Positions 11,008-23,164 of a stretch of DNA of 64,000 bases are shown piece by piece. Source of the stretch: Octopus sinensis (taxonomy: Eukaryota); the NCBI RefSeq assembly GCF_006345805.1, contig NC_043002.1:48112001-48176000 (forward strand), read 5' to 3'. Positions within the stretch are counted from its first letter, which is position 1. Every line of letters starts with the position of its first letter. Under the pieces are notes generated by a model. It was not told the origin of the DNA. It did not search any database and saw only the letters and a program-made list of their open reading frames with translations. Position numbers and translations under genes: made by a program.

Positions 11008-11058
11008 CATATATATATATATACATATATATATTATATATATATATATATTATATAT

Positions 11059-11105
<47 letters not shown>

Positions 11106-11115
11106 TTATGTATAG
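10804..11115. repeat. Compound (TA)n/(TG)n microsatellite
   Basis: Direct reading; source of several spurious YI-repeat ORFs. Confidence 0.95.
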
Positions 11116-11290
11116 AGAGAGTTTATGAAAAAAACAAAAGATGAAGACAGGTGGTGTACAAAACAAACAGATGTATTAGTATAATGCTCAGGAATAGAAA
11201 AAGCCTTTTACGTTTTGAGCGGAGCTCTTTGTCAGAAACATAGAAAAATCCAAGGAAGGGAAGACAGAGGAAAAAGATAGTGAATGATAC
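11116..11290 (-). mobile_element. Short PLE-type 3' tail with degenerate HHR motif
   Basis: Minus strand tttCTGACAAagagctccgctcAAAAcgtaaaagg. The terminal ~100 bp nearly match 24600-24705. Confidence 0.6.
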
Positions 11291-12329
11291 ACACACAGCA
11301 CACACACACACGTACACATATATATATATATAGAATATATTCACACTGTTTCTTGAGTGGATGAAAGTTTTATTGCTATTTATTTAATTCTCATTCCAAT
11401 ATAGTTTAGAAAAATTCATCTTTATATCGGTAAGATAACCAGAATTTAAAACTGATACATGAATAATTGTATAGGATAAACATTCATAGTTATTAACTTA
11501 TCTTTTGCATACCTGCTATTATTAATTTACTCATGAGAACATCAAAGCTCAACCCTCTTATCATCTTAAAATGTATTGGCAACAATAAATTAATTAGAGA
11601 TGTGGGAGATAGTTAGTCTGATACATTTATAAACACTTGCAAAAAGGGAAAACAGTTTTGGAGGAATGCCACTGAAATTCAAACAAAAAAGGAATATATG
11701 GCTCTTCTAAACTGGAGGAACTTAAGTTAAGTTGGCAACATTCTGTTTTCAGTTGTACCTGATAGATTTTTTTTTCAAAGATACAGAGTTAGCATTTTCA
11801 CACAGACATTGTTATGGCTAAAGTTACTCATATTTACAGTGATTGTCTGTAGGTTGGATTTAAGAAGTCTGTATGTATAGGACAAGGCAATAACTTCAGA
11901 AGAGTTAACTTCAGTAGTTAATTTCATGGAAAGTATCAGAAACAAAGCGAAATAAATGGGAAAATAAAAATCCAAAGCCCAGAAGGCACCAAAAACTTTA
12001 GTTTTAGTTTTATGCTGTAAGGAAGGAATAGAGGGAATGTTTTTGACATTGCCAACATGGGTCTTTGATGGAAGACAAAGTAAAATATATTCTTTTGAAA
12101 GAAGGAAATGTATGTTCTTTAACTGAACTTAATTGCTAGAAGTGTTGAAATAATAAGGTATTGACAGGTAAAACAATAAAGCAGGGTAAGTGAATGAAGG
12201 CAAAAACAGATTGTTGAAAGTGTGATGTACTATCAGTTTATGCATCACTATGAAGTATGACTGTAAGTGTGCACCACTGCTGAATGCTAGAAAGCTGTGT
12301 GGTGGGATTGATATTTTGGCTGTAGGCAT

Positions 12330-13250
12330 GTGGGTTTGAATATGTTACTAGAAGGTGTCAATTATTCAAAACAATGTGGATGTGCAGTACCAAGATAGAA
12401 GAGTAGTTGTTGTTCACATTGTAATTGAGATAATTAGAAACCATTATGTAAGACAAAACTACTGAAGTTGAGGTGCAGAGAAGTGTGGTCTAGAGAGTTG
12501 AAGCTGGTGAACCTCAGATGATCTGGCACTGTTTCAGCGGTAGCCTAAAAGATGCTGTCTAAATTGATCTCGTAGTCACTGACCAGTATCACCTACCTGT
12601 ATCTGGCAATATAATTGATGTTTTATACAGCTGATAAGAACTATTTAGTGAAGTGGAAGGAGGGGTTGTTGGGGAACAATTTAGTGAGGTGGAGGGATGG
12701 GTTGTTAGGTTCTGCTGTGGAAATTATAGTATGATGAAGAGATAGGTACAGTGGCAGTGATGGAGATAGGATTTGGGTTGAGTGTGGAAAACAGGGAAGA
12801 ACTATGAACTTGCAAGTTATGTAGGTTGAGGCATTTCTGAAGGAGATAATGGGTTGTTTAGGTAAGAGGTGGGAAGAAGAGGAGCAGGATTGGAAGAGAC
12901 GGAAGTACTGTAGGATGGAACACTGAAAAGGCAATATGGTAGGATGGTAAGCAATGTGAGGAAGGGATGACAGTTGATAGTGGGAGGATAAAAAATACCA
13001 GGACAGAAGTATAAGTGACATTGCTGCTGCAGAGATGCATGTAGATTGCTGATTCTGAGTAACCATATCTTGTGATGTGGCTGATAATACACTGAGACTG
13101 AGTCTTGAAGGTAGGCTTATAGTTAGAGATGTGGCTGCACTGGAGGAATTAGGAGACAGTAGATGTGGTGTGAGTAGAGAATGATATTATGAAATTAAGA
13201 CAGAAGTGGGAGTCAGTTAGTTTATAAAAGATAGAGGTGGAAATAGTTGT
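12330..13250 (-). mobile_element. Old PLE remnant (RT thumb, linker, GIY-YIG)
   Basis: Minus-strand fragments TSIFYKLTDSHFCLNF; PHIAYHPTILPFQ..ILQYFRLFQS..SHLLPKQPIISFRNA; VGDTGQ*LRDQFRQHL; FNSLDHTSLHL; EQQLLFYLGTAHP. Confidence 0.75.
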
Positions 13251-13340
13251 ATCTTGCCTAAAGACATAATGTGCTGCCCGGACTTGAACTCGCAATGATC
13301 AGCTAAATACCCTAACTACTAAGCTATGTACCTTCACATG
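13250..13340 (-). mobile_element. tRNA-derived SINE head fragment
   Basis: Reverse complement has A-box (tagcttagtagttagg) and B-box (gagttcaagtcc) followed by tgtctttaggcaagata. Confidence 0.6.
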
Positions 13341-15399
13341 CATTGTTATGGCGTAAAACTAATTAAACACATTGGAGAGGGAGTGGAAGTAATGAATTTT
13401 CAAGTTAGGCTTTTATCTCTTTCAAAGACATCAATTTTCAATTTTCCAATAACTTCTAGTAATTTTTATCAATGCACACAATGGCATTATTTTGTGTAAG
13501 ATTACTACAGTTATTAAGTTTAATCCCACTGGGTATCCATTTTAAATCTGATCCTTATGAATGTTGTTGATTACAACAAATCTGTACATAATATCCTTGG
13601 ATTATTTCTCTCTGACTTTGCACCAGTAAACATACTCTGTGTATACATGCTTTGCTTTCTCTTTATTAAGCTGGCAGACAAGGGAATGAGTATGCTTTGC
13701 TGACAATGCCTAATGAAACTGAAACATATCTAGAGCTGTCATTGTGTCTGCCAAATATCAGATTATTCTTTCCTTTACCATATTACTTATTTCCAATTTT
13801 AATTAACTGAGACTTTAATGCATCAATCTATTTCCAAAAAAACAATTTTTTTAAAATTTGATTTTGAGTTGTTACTGTTATCTTTGTTTGGACTGATTTA
13901 AGCATTGTAAATATTTACCTTTTCTTGATACAATCTTGATTAATTAAAGTTACCACATTCACAATTTGTGCTAGCAATTACTTTACTACATATATCAAGA
14001 TCACTATGGTTACTGATGTCTCTTATTGGCTACCACTTAAATTTCTTAATCAATTTTGAATGACAACTAGATGTCATTCAGACAATCATTATTATCAGTT
14101 ATGGCAGACAAAAACTATTGTGGGAATTAAAAAGAGTCAGATATATTTTTTTGGAATGCATTGTTAATGAGATTAATTATTTACCTATTATATATCCCCA
14201 GGTGCCAACAAAGTTGCTGTGTAAAAGACACTTAAACTGACCATTCTGATATGATAGTTGCACATATAACTACATAGCAGTAATTATAATAATGATATCT
14301 TGAACAATTACATTTTTTTAAGAGAGATATTTTCAAAAACACACCTGATCTCACTTTCTTTTAAAATTTCATATTGAATAAAATGCATTGTGGTAGTTTT
14401 AGACCAAAATTTTCAAGTTGCTTCATATTCTTTGAAAAGCTATTACAAAATGGAAAGATTTTAGCAGAACAATTGATTTTGTGTACAGAATGTAATTGTA
14501 ATTCAACACAAATACTGTAGAAGTTAATATTATTTTAGCGGACAGGAGGATTGGTAAAAGGCAGTAAGGTGAGTGAAGTTGATTTTTAATTCAAATTGTT
14601 TTTGTAGTAGCAGATGTGCTCTGCTACACACTGAACAAAACCAACAGGAAGCCTCTGTTTAGTCATTCCAATAGCAAAAAAAAGTGACCCATCTTCAAAT
14701 CCTACACTAATATCTTAGAAAAAAAGAACATATTGAATAGGCTATCATAGCTGTAATGCTTTTGAGGATAGGAATACTGAATCAAGTCTGACCTGGGATT
14801 AACAATAAAAACCATACTTTTTAAGGACACTTCATGTTCAGAAACAAATATTTTCTGATCTGATAATGATTATATGAGACTGATTGGCTCTCACGTACTA
14901 TGGAAAGAAGAATAAATGCATTAAGTATAACAGGGAGATAGTAACAGAGACTTTAAAGCACAACTATGTTCTCCAAGATTATTTTGTATTCTGAACCAAC
15001 CCTAATTTTTTTTTTATATCTCAAGTTAAAAGAAGGAAAAGACTAAAATAAAAAGAAAGATATTGAGTAAAACATGAAATGTAAATAAAATTCGCAAGAT
15101 TTAGATAACCTGCATACAGATATTTGCTTTCATTCAACTAAATCAGTGACATTCATTTACATTAAGGGTTTTAAAGAATTCATGCTTTGAAGTTCTGTTT
15201 AAAGAATTAGAGTTTGATGTTTTTATATTATATTATGAGAAGAACAAAGAAGTATTTCTTTTCCAACACCTTACTTCATTTCAATTTTAAGTTGTCAACA
15301 TCTCCAAAGAAAGCAAACCATTACATAGTCACATGAAAAAGAATTGGATTTCTTTGACACCTCACCTATAACCAGTGAGGCAGTTATGATGGATTACAT

Positions 15400-15890
15400 C
15401 TACATTAGTGAATAAGATATACTACTAGCCATAGATGTGGTAGACGCAAACTCAACTGCTGGTCCTGATGGTTTCCCAGCAATCCTCCTTAAATCGTGCA
15501 AGTGTGCCCTGGTGAAACCACTACAGATTCCCTTCCAGAGCCTTCTTGCAAATGGCAGGCTGCCAAGCAAACTGAAGGAGGCAATAATATGCCCAATCCA
15601 GAAAAGGGGAAGCAGAGCAGATGCCTAAAAATTATAGGCCTATCTCTCTGACTTCACACATCAGCAAAGTTATGGAATGGACAATCAGAGAGAAACTAAT
15701 CACATTCCTTGAAGAAAACGACTTGCTGAGTGATACCCAGCATGGCTTTCGACCAGGTAAGAGCTGCCTGACCCAGCTCTTACAGCACTATAACTGGGTT
15801 TTGAGGCAGTTACTCATCAACTCATATGTGGACGTAAGATACCTTGACTTTGCAAAAGCTTTTGATGAAGTGGATCGTGGTATGCAAATG
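15400..15890 (+). mobile_element. CR1/Jockey-superfamily LINE reverse transcriptase fragment
   Basis: ORFs 15437..15628 and 15621..15908 (frameshifted): AGPDGFPAILLK, NYRPISLTSHISKVME, QHGFRPGKSCLTQLL, YLDFAKAFDEVD. Confidence 0.9.
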
Positions 15891-15929
15891 AGAATTGGGC
15901 TACTATGAAAGGATAGAACATTGATCAAC

Positions 15930-16235
15930 TACAATGCAAAGGGCCATAGAATGATCCATGCTTGGAATATCATTACAAGAACACATTTGAAATGAGATAA
16001 TTCAGGAACAGTGTAGAGTGAATGATGTAATCATAGAGTACTGAAAATATAAGATCTGCTGGTCTGGACATGTCAAAAGAGGTGGACCCATGCAGTTGCT
16101 GAGTGGTATCCAGAGATCAGAAAAGCAACTTGGAATGCCACCAAGATAATGGGAAGACAATTTAGTTAAGCAGTTTGGGTCAAGATAGAAAAAATGGTGC
16201 AAGACAGAACTGGAAGCATACTGTGACTAGTAGTG
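15930..16235 (+). mobile_element. RTE-clade LINE C-terminal fragment
   Basis: Decayed frames resembling MLGISLQEHI..KICWSGHV..AVAEWYPRDQK..PPR*WEDNL. Confidence 0.65.
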
Positions 16236-16607
16236 TATAACAGCATTTGATGGTCTGGTGGATACTATAGTACTATGACATGTGTGTGTGTATGAAAACT
16301 AATTTTAAATCTTAAAAGCAGGAATGCTAATATTTTTATTGAAGTATGAACAGATTGAAGAGGAGAAACATGTATTTTAAAATTTATTTATATATTTATT
16401 TATTTATTTAACCATCATTATTATGCTTAATATATTATTTACAATATAATATGAGTACTTAAAAGTGTTTATATATATTTATCTATTACTAATAGAAATG
16501 ATGGCATTGTAATTTGTAAAGAAACGATGTAAAGTACTCTATTGGTTTTCTACTTACTATCATTCAATCTTACAAGATGGAATCAATTTTAACATTGTTT
16601 TGACGCT

Positions 16608-16648
<41 letters not shown>

Positions 16649-16984
16649 TTAAAATATTAATTTCTTCAGGGTGTTTTTTTCTACTTTCAGATATATGTAT
16701 ATCTATATTGAAGATTGATAGGTTTCTTTTATGATAGATCATTATAAGTTTTTAACTTCTAACTAGATTTAGGTCATAGATCAAATTTAATAAGTTCAGT
16801 ACAACTTGCTGTCTAATAAACTGTTTGACTTCTGGTATAAAGCTTCACAAGTGTTTATTTTTCAGGACTATCAGAATTGAGAGAAAAAAATAATATTAAT
16901 CAATAACTGAGAAACTAAGAATTCTGAAACATTATTCAAAATCATTTATTCATTACTTATTCACATACACATTCTGTAAAACAC

Positions 16985-17210
16985 ACACACACACATGTGT
17001 ATATATATATATATACATATATATACACATATACATATATATACATACATATACATATACATATATATACATACATATACATATATATACATACATATAC
17101 ATATACATATATATACATACATATACATACATACATATACATATATATATATACATATACATATACATATATATACATACATATACATACATACATATAC
17201 ATATATATAT
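16985..17210. repeat. Compound (TA)n/(TACA)n microsatellite
   Basis: Direct reading. Confidence 0.95.
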
Positions 17211-17570
17211 ACTAGCAGTATCGCCCGGCGTTGCTCGGGTTTGTTTCGACCCGCTGGAATTGTAATCTTGAAAAGTAAAAATTTTGTGAACATTTTTCTG
17301 GTCGAAATACACCAAAAAGTGGCGACACAGCAGTGAAAAAATCGTAAAAAATAGGGATTTTCATAGAAAAAAGCATCTTTTTGATGTAAATAATTTTTGG
17401 TGTTAACATGGTCCGATTTGAATTTTATGTTCTACGGAAGGAAGAGCAACTCTTCTTCTATCATACTCTCAATTTTGGTCAACTTGCGCCGCAGGGTCTC
17501 GGAGGAGATAGTGTTAGTTGAAGGTTACCAAACGTGGCACACACAGACAACTTTAGCTTTATATAGAGAT
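17211..17570 (+). mobile_element. Non-autonomous Helitron-like element
   Basis: Starts ACTAGCAGTATCGCCCGGCGTTGCTCGGG (subterminal CCCG..CGGG hairpin) and ends ...cacacagacaactttagctttatatagagat; no TIRs; sits in microsatellite. Confidence 0.65.
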
Positions 17571-19443
17571 AACACACACACATTAATACACATACATAGA
17601 CACACACACACATGTATGTATGGATGTATATATGGGTACTTGTATCGCAGAGTGGTCCCGGTTGCGCACACGCGGATTCGCGCGTGCGAGCCAGACGTAG
17701 GTACTCGATACTCGATCGCCCTTAAATAATTACTTTTTTTTACAGAAACGCGAACGTATATAATGCGCAAATTTATTCCGTAGAATTTATCAAATTAAAT
17801 AACGCAAAATTAATATATTTTTTGAAATTGCAAATTATTTAGAATATAAAAATCTGGCTGCTATTACTAGGTGCCTGAGTAACAACCTCACGGATTTACA
17901 GATAAATGAATTAATTACTATTTTACAGAATAAAATTAAATAATTCTTGAAAATTAATATTAATATTTTTTGAACAAAGTAAATAATTTTTAAAACTTAA
18001 ATAATAATTTTTTTTACACAAACGCGAACGGGGAAAAGGGGGTGGCGAATTCGATTTTTTTTATTTTCGTTGAATGAATAGAAAAAATATATAATATATG
18101 TTGTACATACCTAAATTTTTTCTTTTTCATGACATTGTAGCAAAATAGTAGTGAATTATATAAATACCAGCAGTACATTTTTTTTCTGGGGTATTTTTTT
18201 TCAACCTCGTCACATATTTGCCCCTTTCAATTTAAACAAAGTCTTAATTAAGCAATTACGGCAGCTTAGCAATGGTTTCAATACAGGCGTGACATCTGTA
18301 TCTCAATTGTTCAAAACCCTTCGAATTTTTTCGCACGTGATGATATCATAGTGAAAACTTTCAATTACGCGTGCTTAGAAGTACGCTCGCAAATTAATAC
18401 TACCAAAATTTTGAAGTTCGCGCTCCGCTTGTATGTGTGTGTGTGTGCGTGCTTTAGGTGTACGTAGGTATGTGTTTTTGTGTGTGTGTCACTGAAGCCA
18501 TACATACATATATACATACATAACCTCTCTCTCTCTTTTCTCTCTCAGTCACTCACTACAAAAAGTGAATAAAAAAAGTTCAGTTATTTCTGTCTTTCAC
18601 TCTCTCTGTCTCTTTACACACACTAACAAAAGCACTTCACTTACACACCACACTTTCTGTGTCGCACAACCCATCAAACACACACACACACACACTCACG
18701 CACGCACACATGTACATCAATGCTTTCGGAGTGAAATGTTAAAATATTGAGTTTTCTCGAATTTTGTCTTAATTGGGGGTGAAATTGAAAGAAATTTGTT
18801 ATGGCATGACCGAATGGAGTACTTTGAAAAATCTTAGGTAAACTCTAATTGAAGAAATTGCGTGAGGAGTAAATCATTATGTATTTATTTGTTTCTGTTT
18901 GCTGTGTTTTTTTATTTTTTGAGTAGTGGTTTAAGGTACACTTGCAAAGAGAAAGTGGGAGAAATTATGTTGATAGCATGAGTGATCCGTTTTATAGAAA
19001 TACTTTCAGTTTAGTCTTCCTCAAATCACTCTGTCGCTATTTACTCTCTTCCAAGAACATTTTCACTCACTCTTATCTCTTAGCTTGCCATACATTTTAC
19101 TCATGTATCTATCAGCGTGATAGACAGAAACAAATATTACATCGCCATCGCATTCTATTGTCTACTTGTCAACACACACACAGTGAATTACTTTCACTTT
19201 ATTCGTTGCACACTGTGTGTGTGCGTCTGCGTGTGGTGTAAACCACATTAAGAAAAGCATTTGACATACACACCAGAATGTGAGTTTTCTGTAAATTTTG
19301 CTTAATTGGAGTTTAAATTTTAAAAACTGGACCTGGCATGACTCGATGCATTCTACTCTTAAAAATGCTAGGTAAATTGTAATTGAAGAAATCCTATATT
19401 GTAGATTTCTATAACTGGTAAAGGGAGGCAGATAAAATCTGCC

Positions 19444-19835
19444 TTTTTACTTGTTTCAGTCATTTGACTGCGGCCATGCTGGAGCACCGCCTTTAGTCGA
19501 GCAAATCGACCCCGGGACTTATTCTTTGTAAGCCCAGTACTTATTCTATCGGTCTCTTTTGCCGAACCGCTAAGTGACGGGGATGTAAACACACCAGCGT
19601 CGGTTGTCAAGCAATGCTAGGGAGACAAACACAGACACACAAACACACACACACATACATATATATATATACATATATACGACAGGCTTCTTTCAGTTTC
19701 CGTCTACCAAATCCACTCACAAGGCATTGGTCGGCCCGGGGCTATAGCAGAAGACACTTGCCCAAGGTGCCACGCAGTGGGACTGAACCCGGAATCATGT
19801 GGTTGGTTAGCAAGCTACTTACCACACAGCCACTC
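19444..19835 (-). mobile_element. Full-length tRNA-derived SINE (dominant family A)
   Basis: Head GAGTGGCTGTGTGGTAAG..GGTTCAGTCC, core CACCTTGGGCAAGTGTCTT..GTGAGTGGATTTGGTAGACGGAAACTG, internal CA/TA tract, tail GACTGAAACAAGTAAAA; matches copies at 48268 and 62050. Confidence 0.9.
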
Positions 19836-19863
19836 ATACATATACATATATATATATATATAT

Positions 19864-20691
19864 ATTTAACAATTAAGGATAACCTCTTAATAAGGAATCT
19901 TAACAAGAAATTATCAGGTAGTTAGCGTGAAAAACATCATAAGAGAAAAAATTCGAAAATAATTTTTTTCTTTTGAACATATTAATTATATTTTATAGAG
20001 GGCATTATTACACATAAATGCCTCACACTAAGAGGGACAAATGTCATTACTACCAAAATTACACTAATCATACCTAATGCAGTTTTTCAAAGCAAGACAT
20101 TAAAAAAAAAATGAATTTAGTTCTGTATCACCCGTGATTTCACATTTAACGTATAGAATTACGTCTATGATCATCAGCAGAACTGATTCTGAGCACATCA
20201 TAAATAAACGACCAACTTTACCTGGCGAAGACGAATAGATATCTATTCACTCCGGCGAAGCACATGGAAATGTTTATAAATCATATATTCGGTAAATGGC
20301 GGGCTTTATCCCTCTTAGTGTGAGGCATTTATGTGTAATAATGCCCTCTATAAAATATAATTAATATGTTCAAAAGAAAAAAATTATTTTCAAATTTTTT
20401 CTCTTATGAGGTTTTTCACGCTAACTACCTGATAATTTCTTGTTAAGATTCCTTATTAAGAGGTTATCCTTAATTGTTAAATTTATTCCGAAATACTTTT
20501 CTTACCCGACATGCAGTTTGAAAAAGCCCGCCATTTACCGAATATATGATTTATAAACATTTCCATGTGCTTCGCCGGAGTGAATAGATATCTATTCGTC
20601 TTCGCCAGGTAAAGTTACCGTTTATTTATGATGTGTTCAGAATCAGTTCTGCTGATGATCATAGACGTAATTCTATACGTTAAATGTGAAA
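19864..20691. mobile_element. Non-coding HHR-bearing retroelement (retrozyme / mini-PLE) in interleaved inverted arrangement
   Basis: A 19864-20037 = rc of 20309-20482; B 20138-20307 = rc of 20523-20691 (few mismatches); no family-like ORF; HHR present; the left end runs into (TA)n. Confidence 0.8.
20119..20184 (-). ncRNA. Type I hammerhead ribozyme
   Basis: Minus strand AGUUCUG-CUGAUGA-[UCAU..ACGU..ACGU..AUGU]-GAAA-UCA-CGGG-UGA-UA^CAGAACU: 7-bp stem I, intact core, stem III, AUA triplet. Confidence 0.85.
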
Positions 20692-21372
20692 GAAATGAAG
20701 CTAGCATGATCTGCTGGATGTGTAATGTCAGTGTGTGCGTACGAAAGAGGGTAAGCACCCTGAGAGAAATGCTGGACATAAGAAGCATCAGATGTGGTGT
20801 GCAAGAGCGACGCTTGTGATGGTATGGTCATGTACTGCGGATGGATGAGGAGAGATGTGTGAAGAAGTGCCGCTCCCAAACAGTTGAAGGTATCAGGGGA
20901 AGAGGTAGACCTAGGAAGACATGGGATGAGGTAGTCAAGCATGACCTCAGAGCGTTGGGCCTCACAGAGGCAATGGTGGAGGACTGAGATCTCTGGAGAT
21001 ATGCTGTGACTGCAAAGACCCGGGCTGCTTCCTACACCAGTTCCGCATAGCCCTTGCCCAGTCAAAGTACTTTGGATTCCAGAACATCCCGCTGTGCTTG
21101 AGGAGACCTATTGAGTCAAGTACATGAACATCGAAATAAATATGAATGGAAATAGTAGTTGCGATACCTGTGCCGGTGGCACCTGTGCCGGTGGCACCTG
21201 TACTGGTGGCACGTAAAAAGCACCCACTACACTCTCGGAGTGGTTGGCGTTAGGAAGGGCATCCAGCTGTAGAAACACTGCCAGATCAGAGTGGAGCCTG
21301 GTGCAGCCCCTGGCTCCCCAGACCCCGGTCGAACCGTCCAACCCGTGCTAGTGTGGAAAATGGACATTAAAC
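20688..21372 (+). mobile_element. 5'-truncated RTE LINE (C-terminal ORF remnant plus 3' UTR)
   Basis: ERNEASMICWMCNVSV..QERRL*WYGHVLRMDEERCVKKC..GRGRPRKTWDEVVKHDLR; 3' UTR with the common tail. Confidence 0.9.
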
Positions 21373-22182
21373 ATACATACACACACACACACACTATAGA
21401 CACATGTACATGCAAAAACACATACACATGTACACATACACACACATATAGGTTTAATTTTAAATGAATAAAGTTGCTTCACTTGCAACATTAAAGATGT
21501 CAACACTAACTTTACAATTTGGTTTTCCTGCAGAGCATAGCCATTGGTATTGTTCATAAGTAATTATTTAAATTAAGATTGGTTATGGAAACAGTGCTAC
21601 ATTAATGACTAAATACAATCTATCATCCCTTCAGCTTGTCATCTGTCACATTATGAACTCAATTAGCCCTGATAATCTTGCCTTCTTTTCTTTCTTTTTT
21701 CTTTTTCTTTCTATTTCTATTTCTCACAATCATTTTATCCTACTCCCTTGCTCTCTTTATCTCTCTCTCTCTCTCTCTCTCACTCTTTCTCTGTCTGTGC
21801 ATTTAGTATTTGCCATGATTGGACATGTTTTCTTGGAAGATTGGAAATGAAAGACATAGCAGATATGACATTATGACATTCACTTATAATTACTACATGA
21901 TGTTAAGACAAGAAAGAAAATGACAACATGTGCATGCACCACACCCATGCATACCCACCCCTGCCCATGCATACACACACATACACATGCACACACGATC
22001 AGGTATTAGGACACATTCAGTTTCAGTTACCAAATCCATTTGCAAGCCTTTGGTTAAGCTGGGACTATCATAGAAGACACTTGCCTAAGATGACAGGCAG
22101 TGGGATTGAACTTGAGACCATGATCTCCTGAATCACACAGATATACCTGTGGTTGGGCATACATGTACATAAATATTTAAAT

Positions 22183-22738
22183 ATGAGCAAAACGCCCCCC
22201 CCCCACCGTCCAATGGACGGTGCTGAGTTGTCAAACATTTAAACCAAATTTTCTCAAAACAACTTGTCCGACTGTCCCATAGGCCTCTCCTTTAAGAAAC
22301 ACTGATTTAACCTAAATTTGAGACACCAGCAAAAGGAGAAGTAAAGATAGACATTTTTCTATTCCAAAGAAAAACGATTTTATTCACACAAATATGCAAC
22401 CGAAGAGTTTAAAGTACCAGTAATGATAAGGCTGGGGGAACACAAACATGGTTTAAACAGTAAGCTTGGCAGGAAAGAAACGTGCCTTGAAGCAGTACAA
22501 AAACAACAAAAAAATGGAAGGTGCAGTTATATACAGGTTGACGGAAGAAAAACAGGACAAAACGGCTTTATCGATCGCATTCTCACCTGGAATCGATTTT
22601 TGTAATTTTTTCAAGACTTATACATGCCCTGATACCATCAGTATCTACATATCAAATTTGAGCGCAATCAGATGGAGGAAGCCCAAGATCCAAGAAGACA
22701 CACACATAGACAGACAGAATAGATTTTATATAAGAGAT
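22183..22738 (+). mobile_element. Non-autonomous Helitron-like element
   Basis: 8-bp subterminal hairpin caccgtcc-aat-ggacggtg (22204-22222); 3' end cacacatagacagacagaatagattttatataagagat resembles the end at 17570. Confidence 0.5.
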
Positions 22739-22774
22739 ATATCATCATCATTGTATACATTTATATACATATAT

Positions 22775-22809
<35 letters not shown>

Positions 22810-22969
22810 CATATATATATATATACATGCTTGCCTTTCCTGATGGATGGGTTGTGCCATTTGGTAGGATCATGTCATGCACCAGTGATTCAACACCTGT
22901 AACAGGATGCCCTTCCTAATGACATATATATGAATACATACATACATACATACATACATACGTACATAC

Positions 22970-23002
<33 letters not shown>

Positions 23003-23164
23003 ATGACCACAGCCTTAGGGCAGAAATGTGTAAAAGAATATATATGTGTATGTGTGTGTGTACATACACATCTATGAATATATTAATGTATGCGTATTAC
23101 ACAAATACATGCACATATATGTTGAAGGATTTAGTTGAACAAATTAACCCTACTACTTATTTTT

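Noticed and set aside
10527-11166. Long ORFs rich in Y/I/C/V/T/H (also 7231, 16953-17336, 35436-36286, 39663-40040)
   Set aside because: Translations of (TA)n/(CA)n microsatellites, which lack stop codons; not genes.
19780-19835. tRNA-like A/B boxes here and in other SINE heads
   Set aside because: No complete cloverleaf; they continue into SINE bodies, so they are not tRNA genes.
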